From positions 8,308,001 through 8,372,000 of the forward strand of contig JBHGNT010000015.1 of NCBI GenBank assembly GCA_043228905.1: a stretch of 64,000 nucleotides of DNA. Direction: 5' to 3'. The DNA comes from Azolla caroliniana. Taxonomy: Eukaryota; Plantae; Polypodiophyta. Positions 36,826 to 49,700 of the stretch are shown here, in pieces. The stretch's first letter is position 1. Every line of letters begins with the position of its first letter. Under the pieces are notes generated by a model. The model had not been told where the DNA came from and did not search any database. It saw only the letters and a list, made by a program, of their open reading frames with translations. A program made the position numbers and the translations under genes.

Positions 36826-39800
36826 TTACGGACCGGGTTTGTCCGGATACTTTCGGTGGATATCAGCAAGAAGATCCTGAGCATTGGCAACATGCTCTAC
36901 GGGTTCCCAAGTACGTTCGCTTGGACTATAACCGAGCCAATCGACCAAATAATAAAGTTTGTTGCGAACAAGTTTGGAATCGAGGATGGCAGCAACTTCA
37001 TACTGTGGGCCGACATCCAACTCCAGCGGGGGCGGCGGTGGTGTAACACGATCGGGAATGGTGTTTGCTTTATAAGGTTCAAGAAGAGAACAATGGAAAA
37101 CCGGATGTATCTGAAGCCGCGGAGGGAGATCAAGGCGGAATGTGACATCATTAACCTTACCCGTAATACGGAAAGGACTGAGTCGTCGATAATCCAACTT
37201 GTCGTACGGTCGAGTAGTCTTGATGTGACGACGTAAGAGCCATACTCGATCTCCGATGGCAAAAGAGGAGGGAAGCCGATGACGATCCGCGTAAGTGTTC
37301 TGCGTTTGTTGAGCATGACGAAGATGAGTCGAGAGATCTGTCTGGATCTTGCGTAGTCTCTCCAAATGATCCCCGGCACGAGGATTGGTAGGTAGCTCCG
37401 GGGTGTCGATCACCGACCAGCGAGGATGAGAACCGGTATAAGCGAAAAATGGGGAGACCCGAGTCGAGGAGTGAATAGAATTATTATACGCAAACTCCGC
37501 AAAGTGGAGAATCTCGGCCCAATCGTCCTGTTGATAACTCAGGAAACACCGGAGATATTGCTCCAATGTTTGGTTTGTTCGTTCCGCCTGCCCGTCGGTC
37601 TGAGGATGGTAGTCGGATGGGAGGTTGCAGGAGACCTTGAGCATCTTGAAGAGATGCTGCCAAAATTTGGAGACAAATTGCGGTCCTCGGTCACTGATGA
37701 TATTATCTGGGAGGCCATGATGCCGAAATACCTCACGCATAACAAGGGTGGCGGTTTCCTCGCTAGTGATGGCTTTAGTACACGGCACAAAATGTGCCAT
37801 CTTCGTATATCGATCGACAACGGTTAGGATAGCATCGAACCCCTTTGAGACCGGCAGATCTGTGATAAAATCAAGACAAATAGAGTGCCACGGCTTACTT
37901 GGAATCAGTAAGGGTTCCAACAAGCCATATGGATGGTGTCGTGGCATCTTTGCTCGGCAGCAAGCATCACAGGTTTGAACGTAGTCGTCGACAAAACGGC
38001 GCATGTGGGGCCACCAAAAAGATCGTTGCACTAGCTCCAACGTCTTAGTACTACCGAAATGTCCCGCCGTATGGGTGTCGTGACAATGCTGGACGATTTG
38101 AAGGCGACAGGAGCAATCGGGGACATATACGCTCTTTTTAAAGAATAACAAACCCTCATGATATTCGAATTGTCGGTAGTCAATACCTGGTTGTTGAGAC
38201 TGAGAACAGGATGCCCGAGAAGTATCAATGTGCGCCAGGATGTCTTGAGCAAAACTATCCGTCTTCAAGGTTGCACGTATGTCATCGGTAATCCGTGAAT
38301 CCATCGGGGTGTGAAAAATCCGCGTCGTGTGCAATCGTGTTGGTCCCAAGATTACTTGCTTTTGATTATCAAATGTTGCATCACCAGGACGAGGTGCAAG
38401 ATATGACCGCCGTGATAGTGCATCTGCTTTTCCTTGCTGCTTCCCCGGTCGATATGTGATTTTGAAGTCGAAATGCGTGAGGAATTGCGCCCACCGAGGT
38501 TGCCGTCGATTTAGTACGTGACCGTTCTAAAAATAAGCAAGATTTTTATGATCGCTAAAGACAATGACCTGATGTGGAGAGCCCTCTAAGAAATGCCGTC
38601 ATTGCACAAATGAATCCACGATGGCTAATAACTCTTTGTCATGTATTTCGTAGTTGATTTCTGCGACATCAAATTTGCGCGAATGGAAAGCCACCGGATG
38701 CAACTCTTCTTTATCTCCTTGTTGAGAAAGGATGCTACCGAGGGCGAAATCTGATGCGTCGGCCTCCATGATGAATGGTTTGCTTGTATCCACATGAGCT
38801 AGAATCGGTGCTGATGTAAAGGCTTTCTTAAGATGCCGAAAAGCCATATCTGCTTCGATGGACCAAAGAAATGCTTGGCCCTTCTTCGTAAGTTGTGTGA
38901 GAGGTAAAATAATCTTCGAGTAATCCTGTATAAACTTACGGTAGAAGTTAGCAAAACCTAGAAAACATTGTACATCTCGTACCGACCGTGGAATTTGCCA
39001 CTCTAGTACAGTTTGGATTTTAGCTGGATCCATGTCGATGCCTTTTGAGGAGATGACGTAGCCTAGAAATTCCACTTGCTTGCAGTCAAAGCTACATTTT
39101 TCTAGCTTGGCATAAAGACCATTCTCGCGGAGTCGCTTTAGTACTAATAGTACATGAGAATCGTGCTCTTCCTGGGTCTTCGAATAAATCAATAGATCAT
39201 CCAGATAGATGATCAAACAAATATCCAAGAGGTCTCTAAATATATCATTTGCCATGTGTTGGAAGACTGCGGGTGCATTGGTTAGGCCGAACGGCATAAC
39301 AGTATACTCGAAATGCCCATACCGCGTGCGAAAGGCGGTCTTCCATTCATCTCCCAGTCGGATCCGCACGAGGTTATACGCTCCTCGTAGGTCGATTTTA
39401 GTAAAAAACTTGGTACCATTTACTCACTCTAAAAGACTTGATATAAGAGGAAGTGCATACCTATTCTGGATGGTGACTTTATTCAATCCGCGGTAATCAA
39501 CGACGAGACGAAGTGAGCCATCTTTCTTCTTGACAAAGAAGATGGGTGCACCGGCCGGAGATTTCGAATGATGGATGAACCCGCTTGCCAAGTTCTCCTC
39601 TATGTAGGCTCGAAGGACTTCTAACTCGGTGGGTGACAAGTTGTAAATTGGTCCCCATGGTGGCTCGGTTCCTGGTTGTAAATCGATGGGACAGTCATAG
39701 GGACGGTGATGATGAAGGGTACCGGCTTTTACCTTGTCAAATACATCAGCATAAGGATGATATTTTGCCGGAAGTTGTACTGAGGAGTCCTTCTTAATAG

Positions 39801-40365
39801 TGCTGGAAGGATATACTGATATGGCAAATAGGAACATTGCCTCCTTGGGTCCTTCTTCGCGTAGTTGATGGAGTGAAATGATCGAAACTCGGTGAGTTGA
39901 TTCTTGGGGTGGTCGATATCGGACTTCTCTTGTTCTCCAATCTATGGCTGGATTATGTAATTCAAACCAAGGTAATCCTAGGACAATGGGATGCTCTGGA
40001 CTACTAATTATATTAAATGATATTATACACACAAAACTACCTAGGACAACTTGAATGGGTTCTGATTCTTCTACAATATTCCCGGAAGCAATGGGACAAC
40101 CATCAATGACTACTACAGATGCGGGACAAGGAGGTTTTCTTAAGGATATCTGAGAAGCTTAGGCAAAATTTCGATCCATGAAACAAGAATTAGCTCTGGA
40201 ATCTAAAAGTGCTAGGACGGGTACTGGGGGAGTACTTTTAGTACTAACAATGACTTGGGCTAGGAACACATTGCTAACTTGCTTGGAAGGAATGGAACCA
40301 CTAATGGGCTGTACAGATCTAGGGTTGTTGTCCAACCAAACGGCTCCTATTTTGGCTGGACTCAA
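36826..40365 (-). pseudogene. pol: Chromovirus G pol: protease, RT, RNase H, integrase, chromodomain
   Basis: ALLDSRANSCF; [13 protein letters not shown]; EADASD; YHPQTDGQAER; YEVAAILDS..YLVDWLGY..TWEP. Confidence 0.92.
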
Positions 40366-40597
40366 TCGTTTAACTCTTCATCTAATTGACTAAGGATTTC
40401 AAATTTATTTGAGATACTTGGGCTATTAGTACTATGAATACTATCTGACACTCTATTAGTACTATTAATACTATCAAACACTCCGAAGGGAAGAATTGAC
40501 TCGGGTTTAGTACAGGCGACGATTTGATTTACCTGTCTTCTTGGCCTATGGGGACAATTGATGGCGATATGTCCTGGTCCACCACAATAAAGACATA

Positions 40598-43500
40598 TGA
40601 CGGGAACTCAACGCTCCTTATGCGCAATGCTCGGCCACAACCGAGCTTAAAATCATACACCGAAAATAGGAAATGAAACGCACGACACAAAGAGGAGAAG
40701 AGTACACAGGATGTTTACGTGGAAAGCCCAAAGTAGGGAAAAACCATGGCGGCCCACAGGCTGCAAACTATGACTATGCTAGAATGTACAACAGTGAGTT
40801 CACGGAGGCAACGACCTCCTGCTCACAATCTTCGCCACACGCGGCGGTTACAACAGAGGCGACGACCTCTTTCTCTCTCTCTCTCTCTCTCTCTGTACAC
40901 AGTTCCGCGCTCTCTTTCTCCTTGCACCAACAAGAATAATAACAACCGTTCACTAGAAGTTTGCCCTAAGTCATATTTATACTAATATGACTTTTCGGTT
41001 ATTTACAAATATAGCCATGATGGACTCTCATAAACATATTTACTAATATGTCTCTTCGTCCGGTGAGCACTCCTCACCGGGTCTGCATCATCCGGCTCTC
41101 CGTAGCCGGGTACTCCTCATCCGGTTCTCACCGGGTCTCCACTATCCTGCTCTTCGTAGCCGGGTACTCCTCATCCGGTTCTCACCGGGTCTGCACCATT
41201 CGACTCTCTGTAGTCGGGTACTCCTCATCCGGTTCTCACCGGGTCTGCACTATCCGGCTCTCTGTAGTCGGGTACTCCTCATCCGGTTCTCACCGGGTCT
41301 GTACCATCCGGCTCTCCGTAGCCGGGTACTCCTCATACGGTTTCGGCCTCGACAGAGTTTGTTCATCAACACTGTTCTTCTCCCTTCCCATCCGGAGGGA
41401 CCTGTCTCCCAACAAACTCCCCCTTCACTCCGGTATGGGGTGTCTTACTAGTCCGATCCTCTTCCGGCATGCGTCCAGCTTGTCGGGTGTCAGCACTTTG
41501 GTCAGCATATCTGACCCGTTCTCGGCCGTGTGGATCTTCGTTAGTGCGAACTCCTGGTCATCTACTCTTTCCCGGATCCAGTGATATCTTCGCTGGATAT
41601 GCTTCGTCCAAGAATGGTAGGCCGCATTCTTAGCAAGATGGATGCCACTTTGACTGTCACAATAGAGCCGGGTATTCATCTTGCCAGATACCGAGCTCTC
41701 CGATGAAGTCCTTCATCCATAAGATTTCCTTGCCGGCTTCCACAACCGCCATGTACTCCACCTCCGTTGTTGACAACGCAACCGTCTTCTGCAGCCGCGA
41801 CTGCCATGAAACAGCTCCCCCTGCATATGTCATTACATACCCGGATGTGGACCGGCTGGTATCCACATCAGCCGACATGTCCAAATCGGTAAAACCGTCA
41901 AGTTGAGGTTTTCCGGAGCTGAATCGGAGACACATATTTGAGGTGCCCTTCAAGTACCAGAGTATCCATTTGACCATGTTCCTGTGCTCCTTGTCGGGAT
42001 TGCTCAGAAACCGGCTTACCACTCCGACTCTTTATCCTATATCCGGTCGGGTACACACCATTGCGTACATCAAGCTCCCGACGGCAGAGGCATATGGAAT
42101 CTTCATCATATCCGCCTTCTCTGCTTTCGTCTTCGGGCTTTGCTTGCCGGATAGCTTGCAGTTTGCCGAAAGTGTCGATCCGGCCGGTTTTGCATTTGAC
42201 ATGTTGAACCGGTGAAGCACCTTTGTCACGTACTTCTCCTGTGACAGCCATAATTGCTTCGCTCACCGGTTCCGGATGATGTGCATCCCCAGCATCTGTC
42301 TTGCCGGACAGAAGTCTTTTATTGAGAAGGTCCGGTTGAGAGCCTTCTTCAGCATCCGTATTTTGACTTGGTCCTGTCCGATGATCAACATGTCATCCAC
42401 GTAAAGAAAGGAGTATCAGGAAGTCGCCTCCTTCGAACTTCTTCACAAACACGCAGTGATCGGCCTACGTCTTGTGGTACCCTTGATCGGTCATAAAGGA
42501 GTCGAACTTCCGGTACCATTGTCGAGGAGCCTGCTTCAGTCCGTACAGGCTCTTCTTCAACTGGCATACCAGGTGCTCCTTCCCTTTCTCCACGAATCCT
42601 TTCGGTTGCTGCATGTAGATCTCCTCTTCGAGGTCGCCGTGAAGGAATGTTGTCTTCACGTCTAGCTGTTCTACCTCGAGGTCCATGCTTGCCTCTATAC
42701 TCAGCACCGTCCGGATGGAGGTCATCTTTACTACCGAGGCAAATATCTCATCAAATTCCACGCCCTTCTTCTGTTGGAACCCCTTCACCACGATCCTGGC
42801 TTTGTATCTCGGGGGGTTGTCGACATCTCCCGGTTTCAACTTGTACACCCACTTGTTTCGGAGTGCCCGCTTTCCTTTCGGCAACTCCACCAATTCGTAC
42901 GTATGGTTCTTATGCAGGGAGTCCATCTCGTCCTGCATGGCACTTAACCATTTTCGGTTGTGGGTGTCATCCTTCACTTCTTCGAAGCTTTCCGGCTCCC
43001 CCCCATCGGTCAACAGAACATGCTCTGCATCCGGAAATCTCTGGGGGGCCCTTCTCTCTCTGAGAGGATATCTCCGTCTTCCGGCTTCGGTAACTGGCTC
43101 CTCCATTTGCTCTTCATCCGAATCTGATTCGGGGTCTTGGCCAGTTCCGGTTTCAACTTCCTCTACTACTTCTTCTGGTGGTTCGATATCCTCATCGTAA
43201 CCGGCTGGCTCCTCCAGTGCTAACCGGTCTCTTGCCAGTTGGGTCTGCTCATTGTAGAGTCTATCCTTACCGGTCGACTCGGAGTTCCTTATCTTCTTCT
43301 CCGACTCCCAGTCGGCGATCGTCGTGTCCTCCATGGAGATAATATCTCGACTCCGGAATACCTTCTTGTCGACCGGGTCCCACACTCGGTAGCCGAACTC
43401 ATCGTCGTCGTAACCGAGGAATATGCATGGTCGGGTCTTTGGATCTAACTTTCCTCTCCGGTTCTTAGCTACATGCACGTACGCGAGACACCCGAACACC

Positions 43501-43898
43501 TTCAGATGCTGGTAGGACACTTCCTTACCGGTCCATACTCTCTGTGGCGTGTCTCCGTCCAAGGGTACTAAGGGTGATCTGTTTATCACGTATGTCGTCG
43601 TCGACAATGCCTCAGCCCAAAACTTCTTGGGTAGTTTTGCATGCGCTAGCATACTCCGGACCCTCTCCATTATGGTCCGGTTCATCCTCTCGGGCAGCCC
43701 GTTTAGTTCCGGCGTCTTCGGCACGGTAAATTCGAGCCGGATTCCCTTCGAGCGGCAATACTCCTCGAACTGCCCCCGGTATTCTCCTCCGTTATCTGCT
43801 CGAACCGCCTTCAACTTCCGGTCGGTTTCTCTTTCCACTCTCGCGAGGAGTTTGTTCATCAGCAATGTTCTTCTCCCTTCCCATCCGGAGGGACCTGT
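40598..43898 (-). mobile_element. Copia H, internally deleted (3' LTR 40598-41414, RT-RNase H, part of integrase, about 50 bp of 5' LTR)
   Basis: PPT AACTCCCCCTTCAC; YGLKQAPRQW, LYVDDM and TKHIQRRYH motifs; integrase fused to the LTR end near 43849. Confidence 0.88.
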
Positions 43899-44805
43899 AC
43901 ATCGTCTTTGCTTTTCTTCTTCCAATAACGCGTCGACGCATGGTATCGATCTCCATCGGTGTCGAAGTATTTGCTTGAGGTATGTCTTGTGCAAACGGTT
44001 TGGCCGCGACTGCGGCGTAAGTGGTCTCCGGCCTAGAGCGTGGTATCTGTAATTGATGTTCTGAACGTCGTTCGAAAAGGCGGTTGTCAAATCGGACCGC
44101 TCGACTGATTGCCTCCGTAAGAGACTTTGGTTCTTCGAGGAAAGTTAGAAGTAGATCTTTGACATCCTTTTGCAAGCCATAGCGAAACTGCTCCATTAGT
44201 TCTTGATCATCCCAAGGTATATCTGAAGCAAGTAGGCGGAAATCCGCTGCGTAGGCAGAGGCTGGACGATCGCCTTGATGCAATCGCCAGATCTTGTTGA
44301 TCGTCGTCCTGATGCTATCGGTGTCTCCAAAGCAGGCTTTAAACTCACTAATAAAATCTTCAAAGTTATTAAGCAAAGGCGATTGTTTTTCTAGAAGCGG
44401 AGCGAACCATGCTAAGGTTGAGCCGCTAAGTAATGTGCTCATTAAGCCGACTCGGGATGCATCATTGGGATAATGGGAAGGATGCATTTGGAGGACTAAT
44501 CGTACCTGATTAAGGAATCCCCTGAATTGCAATCGTGTTCCATCAAATTTCACAGGAAGTCCAATCTTCGGCTCTTTATGAAATCCTTGGGGACTTGATC
44601 CTTGTTGTTGCAATGCCGCTTCGAGTTGTTGCACCCGTAACGCTAACTCCCCATGCTGTTGCTGCGTTCGTTGTTTTTCTAGAGCGATTTGTTGCAGATC
44701 CCCTATCAGCCATTGGTTTTCTTGTTCCAAGGCAACAAATTTTTCTTTTAAGCACTGTAGCTCGGAGAAAACGGATTGATATTCTCGGGTGCTAACAGTA
44801 GCCAT
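43899..44805 (-). pseudogene. gag: Chromovirus G gag (continues at 40597 with Zn knuckle CLYCGGPGHIAINC)
   Basis: EPKIGLPVKFDGTRLQFRGFLNQV..WDDQELMEQFRYGL..PMEID, typical of sushi/Tcn1-type gag. Confidence 0.88.
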
Positions 44806-45330
44806 AGTATAGGGAAAAGGGTAGGAGGATGAGGGAGAACGAGAAGTAGGTTGGAGAAACCAAATTGGTTCAAATTGTCAGGAATAGTACTAAGCAGAGA
44901 TGGAATTAGTACTAAAGAAGATCAGTACTATTAGTACTAAGAGGACGGGACTACGTAAGACTCCCGAGAGAGAGAGAGAAAGAGAGAAGCAAAAGGAGAG
45001 ATAGCGAGGATGAGAGAGAGAGAGAGATGATGATGATGACAACCAATATATTATGTGAAGGATAAGTACAAAATGGCTAAAAGGCTTAAGACTGGCGTTG
45101 AACCAATTTGGTTCAACATAATGCCTAGTGCCCTCTTTTATAGTGTTCTTAGGAATAATCCTGAAGCTTCTAGAATGTTCCAGAGAGATCTGGAATATAC
45201 ATCAATTTTCTATGATAAAGCATAAATGAAAATAATATCCTACGTATTACAATTCGTAGTCTAATGGTAAGAGCTCGACCCATGTAGCATAAGGTCATGG
45301 GTTCGAGTCTTGCCATATCATGACAATGGG

Positions 45331-46217
45331 AATAGGACAAATGCGATACCTGGTGCTTGTGCGGGAAGACTTAACGAACTAGGTGGAAGGCCGTGCACTG
45401 CAGAACAAGACAACCGCGGAGGTATGCCGGTTCCTGATCGAAGAGATAGTGGGTCGGGAGGATCGTGGCGGACCGGGGAGACCTGGATGTGCGAGAAGCT
45501 GAGGAGCTGTTCGACCGGCTGGGCGTCAAACTCTCCCTCACTACGGCGTACAATCCGGAGGCAAACGAGAAGGTAGAACGTGGGCACGAGCCGATCGTAA
45601 AGGTGTTGGTGCGTGCATGCGGAGGGCAGGTCAGGAATTGGCCGCGGCTCCTTCCTTACGCACTATCGGCAGACCGAACTACGCATAGTTTGGTGACAGG
45701 GTTTATGCCGGCAGAGCTAATGTAAGGATAGAAGGCGATCATGCCGGTGGAACAGACGGTTTCTTCCTGGGCAGCGGTAGATTGGAAGGACGAGATGAGC
45801 CGGGAGGAGCGGATTCGGCAACTCGAACGGAGGCCGGAGGACATGAAAAGGTCGAAGGAAAAGCTGCGGGCGGCAAGGGAGCGGAACAAAACCCGGTTCA
45901 ACCGGACACACCGGTTGCGACAAAAGAAGATCAAGGAAGGCGATTGGGTCTTGGTGTACGACAACAACCTCGACAATCAGCACAAGGCAGTGCGAAAGTT
46001 TGCTAGGAGGTGGTTCGGGCCCTACATGGAGACGAGCACGAACGACAACGGCACGTACCACCTCGCGGAACTCGACGGGACACTGTTAGCAGTGCCGGTT
46101 GCCGGGAAGCGGATCAAAGCGTTCAAGAAGCGGTTCGAAGACGAGCCAGAGCCTGCGAGCGGGAGCGACAACGACGATCAGTTCGGGCCCGGCGGAGAAT
46201 TGGAGACCGACGAGTGA
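45331..46217 (+). pseudogene. pol: Gypsy B integrase C-terminal part
   Basis: YNPEANEKVERG, RRWFGPY; resumes directly after the TSD. Confidence 0.88.
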
Positions 46218-46710
46218 AGCCGGTTTTCTTCGGTATCTACCCGTCTCTGGCGCATATCGGTGGATGCGTGGTTTGGTGGGGGTGGATGTCGTGAAGAAAA
46301 CAGGCCATAGGCAGAATCAGACAAAAAGGCGCATGAATCGGCTCTTACACGGATGGACGCGTGAATTGATATTTTGATATTGATTCATAAATGGATTGGC
46401 TGATGTAAATACTAAGTAGTACACATTTATTAGGGGATTGTGCGTATCTCTATCAGAAGGGACAGGGAATAAAGCGATTTGACTAGGGAAGAAGGGTACC
46501 CCCTTTTGGGAACTATTTAAGGAGAGGAGAGAAGGAAGAGAAATCATCACGCGTTGGTGAGGACGAAGTGTTGTTGCATAACAGAGTGCCGAGCTCTCTC
46601 TCCTCCGATCGTCGTTCTCTGCGGGTGTCGGGAGTTCGTTGCCCCTGCTTCGTGGACAGCCCGTGTGCTTCCAGTAGAGTCTCTCTCCTCCCCCTTTCCC
46701 CTTTTGTTTC

Positions 46711-49700
46711 TGACGGGAACTGCACGCTGCCTATACGCAACGCTCGGCCACAACCGAGCTTAGAATCATACACAGAAAACGGGAAATAATGAACAACACA
46801 AAGAAGAGACGAGTACACAGGATGTTTACGTGGAAAACCAAAATTAAGGGAAAAACCACGGCAGCCCACAGGCTGCAAACTATCACTATGTTAGAATGTA
46901 CAACAGTAAGTTCACGGAGACAACGACCTCGTGCTCACGATCCTCGCCACAGGCGGCGGTTACAACAGAGGCAACGACCTCTTTCTCTCTCTCTCTCTCT
47001 CTCTTTGTACATAGTTACGAGCTCTCTCTCTCCTTGCACCAACAAGAATGACATTAGCGCTCACTAAAAGTTTGCCCTAAGTCATATTTATACTAATATG
47101 ACTTTTCGGCTATTTACAAATATCGCCACGATGGACTCTCAGAGACATATTTACGAGTATTTCTCTTCATTCGGAGAGCACTCCTCACCGGGTCTGTACC
47201 ATCCGGCTCTCCGTAGCCGGGTACTCCTCATCCGGTTCTCACCGGGTCTGTACCATCCGGCTCTCCGTAGCCGGGTACTCCTCATCCGGTTCTCACCGGG
47301 TCTGCACCATCCGGTCCTCCGTAGCCGGGTACTCCTCATCCGGTTCTCACCGGGTCTGCACCATCCGGAGGGACCTGTCTACCAACAAACTCCCCCTTCA
47401 CTCCGGTATGGGGTGTCTTACTAGTCCGATCCTCTTCAGGCATGCGTCCAGCTTGTCAGGTGTCAGCACTTTGGTCAGCATATCTGACCCGTTCTCGGCC
47501 GTGTGGATCTTCGTCAGTGCGAACTCCTGGTCATCTACTCTTTCCCGGATCCAGTGATATCTTCGCTGGATATGCTTCGTCCAAGAATGGTAGGCCGCAT
47601 TCTTAGCAAGATGGATGCCACTTTGACTGTCACAATAGAGCCGGTATTCATCTTGCCGGATACCGAGCTCTCCGATGAAGTCCTTCATCCATACGATTTC
47701 CTTGCCGGCTTCCACAGCCGCCATGTACTCCGCCTCCATTGTTGACAACACAACCGTCTTCTGCAATCTCGACTGCCATGAAACAGCTCCCCCTGCCCCC
47801 TGCATATGTCATTACATACCCGGGTGTAGACCGGTTGGTATCCCCAAATTAGCCAAGATGTCTGAATCGGTGAAACCGTCAAGTTGAGGTTTTCCGGAGC
47901 CGAATCGGAGACACATATTTGAAGTGCCCTTCAAATACAGGAGTATCCATTTGACCGCGTTCCAGTGCTCCTTGCCGGGATTGCTCATAAACCGGCTCAC
48001 CACTCCCGACGTTCCAGTGCTCCTATATCCGGTCGGGTACAAAGCATTGCGTACATTAAGCTCCCGACGGCAGAGGCATATGGAATCTTCATCATATCCG
48101 CCTTCTCTGCTTTCGTCTTCGGGCTTTGCTTACCGGATAACCTGCAGTTTGCCGAAAGTGTCGATCCGACCGGTTTTGCATCTGACATGTTGAACCGGTG
48201 AAGCACCTTTGTCACGTACTTCTCCTGTGACAGCCATAATTGCTTCGCTGATCGGTTCCGGATAATATGCATCCCCAGCATCTGTCTTGCTGGACCCAAG
48301 TCTTTCATTGAGAAGGTCCGGTTGAGGGCCTTCTTCAGCATCCATATTTTGACTTGGTCCCGTCCGACGATCAACATGTCGTCCACGTACAAAAAGGAGT
48401 GAAGGAATGTCGTCTTCACTTCTAGCTGTTCTACCTCGAGGTCCATGCTTGCTGCTACACTCAGCACTGTCCGGATGGAGGTCATCTTTACTACCGGGGC
48501 AAATATCTCGTTGAAGTCCACGCCCTTCTTCTGCTGGAACCCCTTCACCACGATCCTAGCTTTGTATCTCGGGGGGTTGCCGGCATCTCCGGGTTTTAAC
48601 TTGTACACCCACTTGTTTCGGAGTGCCCGCTTTCCTTTCGGCAACTCCACCAATTAGTACGTATGGTTCTCATGCAGGGAATCCATCTCGTCCTGCATGG
48701 CACTTAACCATTTGCGGCTGTGGGTGTCATCCTTCGCTTCTTCGAAGATTTCTGGCTCCCCCTCATCGGTTAGTAGCACATGCTCTGCATCCGGAAATCT
48801 ACGGGGGGCCCTTCTCTCTCTTAGAGGATATCTCCATCTCTGGGCTTCGGTAACCGGCTCCTCTATTTGCACTTCATCCGAATCTGATTCGGGGTCCTGG
48901 CCAGTTCCGGTTTTAGCTTCCTCTACTTCTTCTTCTGGCGGTTCGATATCCTCACCGTAACCGACTGGCTCCTCCAGTGCTAACCGGTCTCTTGCCGGTT
49001 GGGTCTGCTCATTCTAGAGTCTATCCTTACCGGTCGACTCGGAGTTCATTATCTTCTTCTCCGACTCCCAATCGGCAATCTTCTTGTCCTCCATGAAGAT
49101 AATATCTCGTCTCCGGAATACCTCCTTGTCGACCAGGTCCCACACTCGGTAGCCGAACTCATCGTCATCGTAACCGAGGAATATGCATGGTCGGGTCTTT
49201 GGATCTAACTTTCCTCTCCGGTCCTTAGCTACATGCACGTACGCGAGACACCCAAATACCTTTAGATGCCGGTAGGATACTTGCTTATTGGTACAGACTC
49301 TCTATGGTGTGTCTCCGTCCAAGGGTACTGAGGGTGATCTGTTTATCACATATGTCGCCGTCGACAGTGCCTCAGCCCAAAACTTCTTGGGTAGTTTTGT
49401 ATGCGCCAGCATACTCCGGACCCTCTCCATTATGGTCCAGTTCATCCTCTCGGCCAACCCGTTTCGTTCCGGCATCTTCGGCACGGTAAATTCGAGCCGG
49501 ATTCCCTTCAAGCGGCAGTACTCCTCGAACTGCCCCCGGTATTCTCCTCCGTTATCTAATCGAACCGCCTTCAGCTTCCGGCCGGTTTCTCTTTCCACTC
49601 TCGCGTGGAGCTCTTTGAAGACGGATAGCACCTGATCCTTCGTCTTCAACGGTGTGGCCCACAGCTTCCGGTTGTGGTCATCTATGAACGTCAGGAAGTA

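Larger units (their letters stand above)
36331..45325 (-). mobile_element. Chromovirus G (Tcn1/Tf1-sushi-like, probably self-priming), interrupted by a Copia at 40598-43898
   Basis: LTRs 44876-45325 (5') and 36331-36781 (3'); TSD ATGGG (36326-36330, 45326-45330); PPT AAGGGGGAGATAG on the minus strand; no tRNA PBS. Confidence 0.93.
31524..46710 (+). mobile_element. Gypsy element B (same lineage as A, different LTR); protease deleted, interrupted at 36331-45325, 3' LTR interrupted at 46711
   Basis: 5' LTR 31524-32120; tRNA-Trp PBS 32125-32141; 3' LTR starts 46287 after TTTGGTGGGGGTGGA. Confidence 0.9.

Noticed and set aside
42465-44805. Apparent novel 541-aa and 337-aa chimeric ORFs
   Set aside because: Accidental fusions across deletion junctions between chromovirus gag, a Copia LTR remnant and Copia integrase
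46706-46710. Shared target GTTTC for Copia C and Gypsy E
   Set aside because: Unrelated integrases and only two cases; probably coincidence
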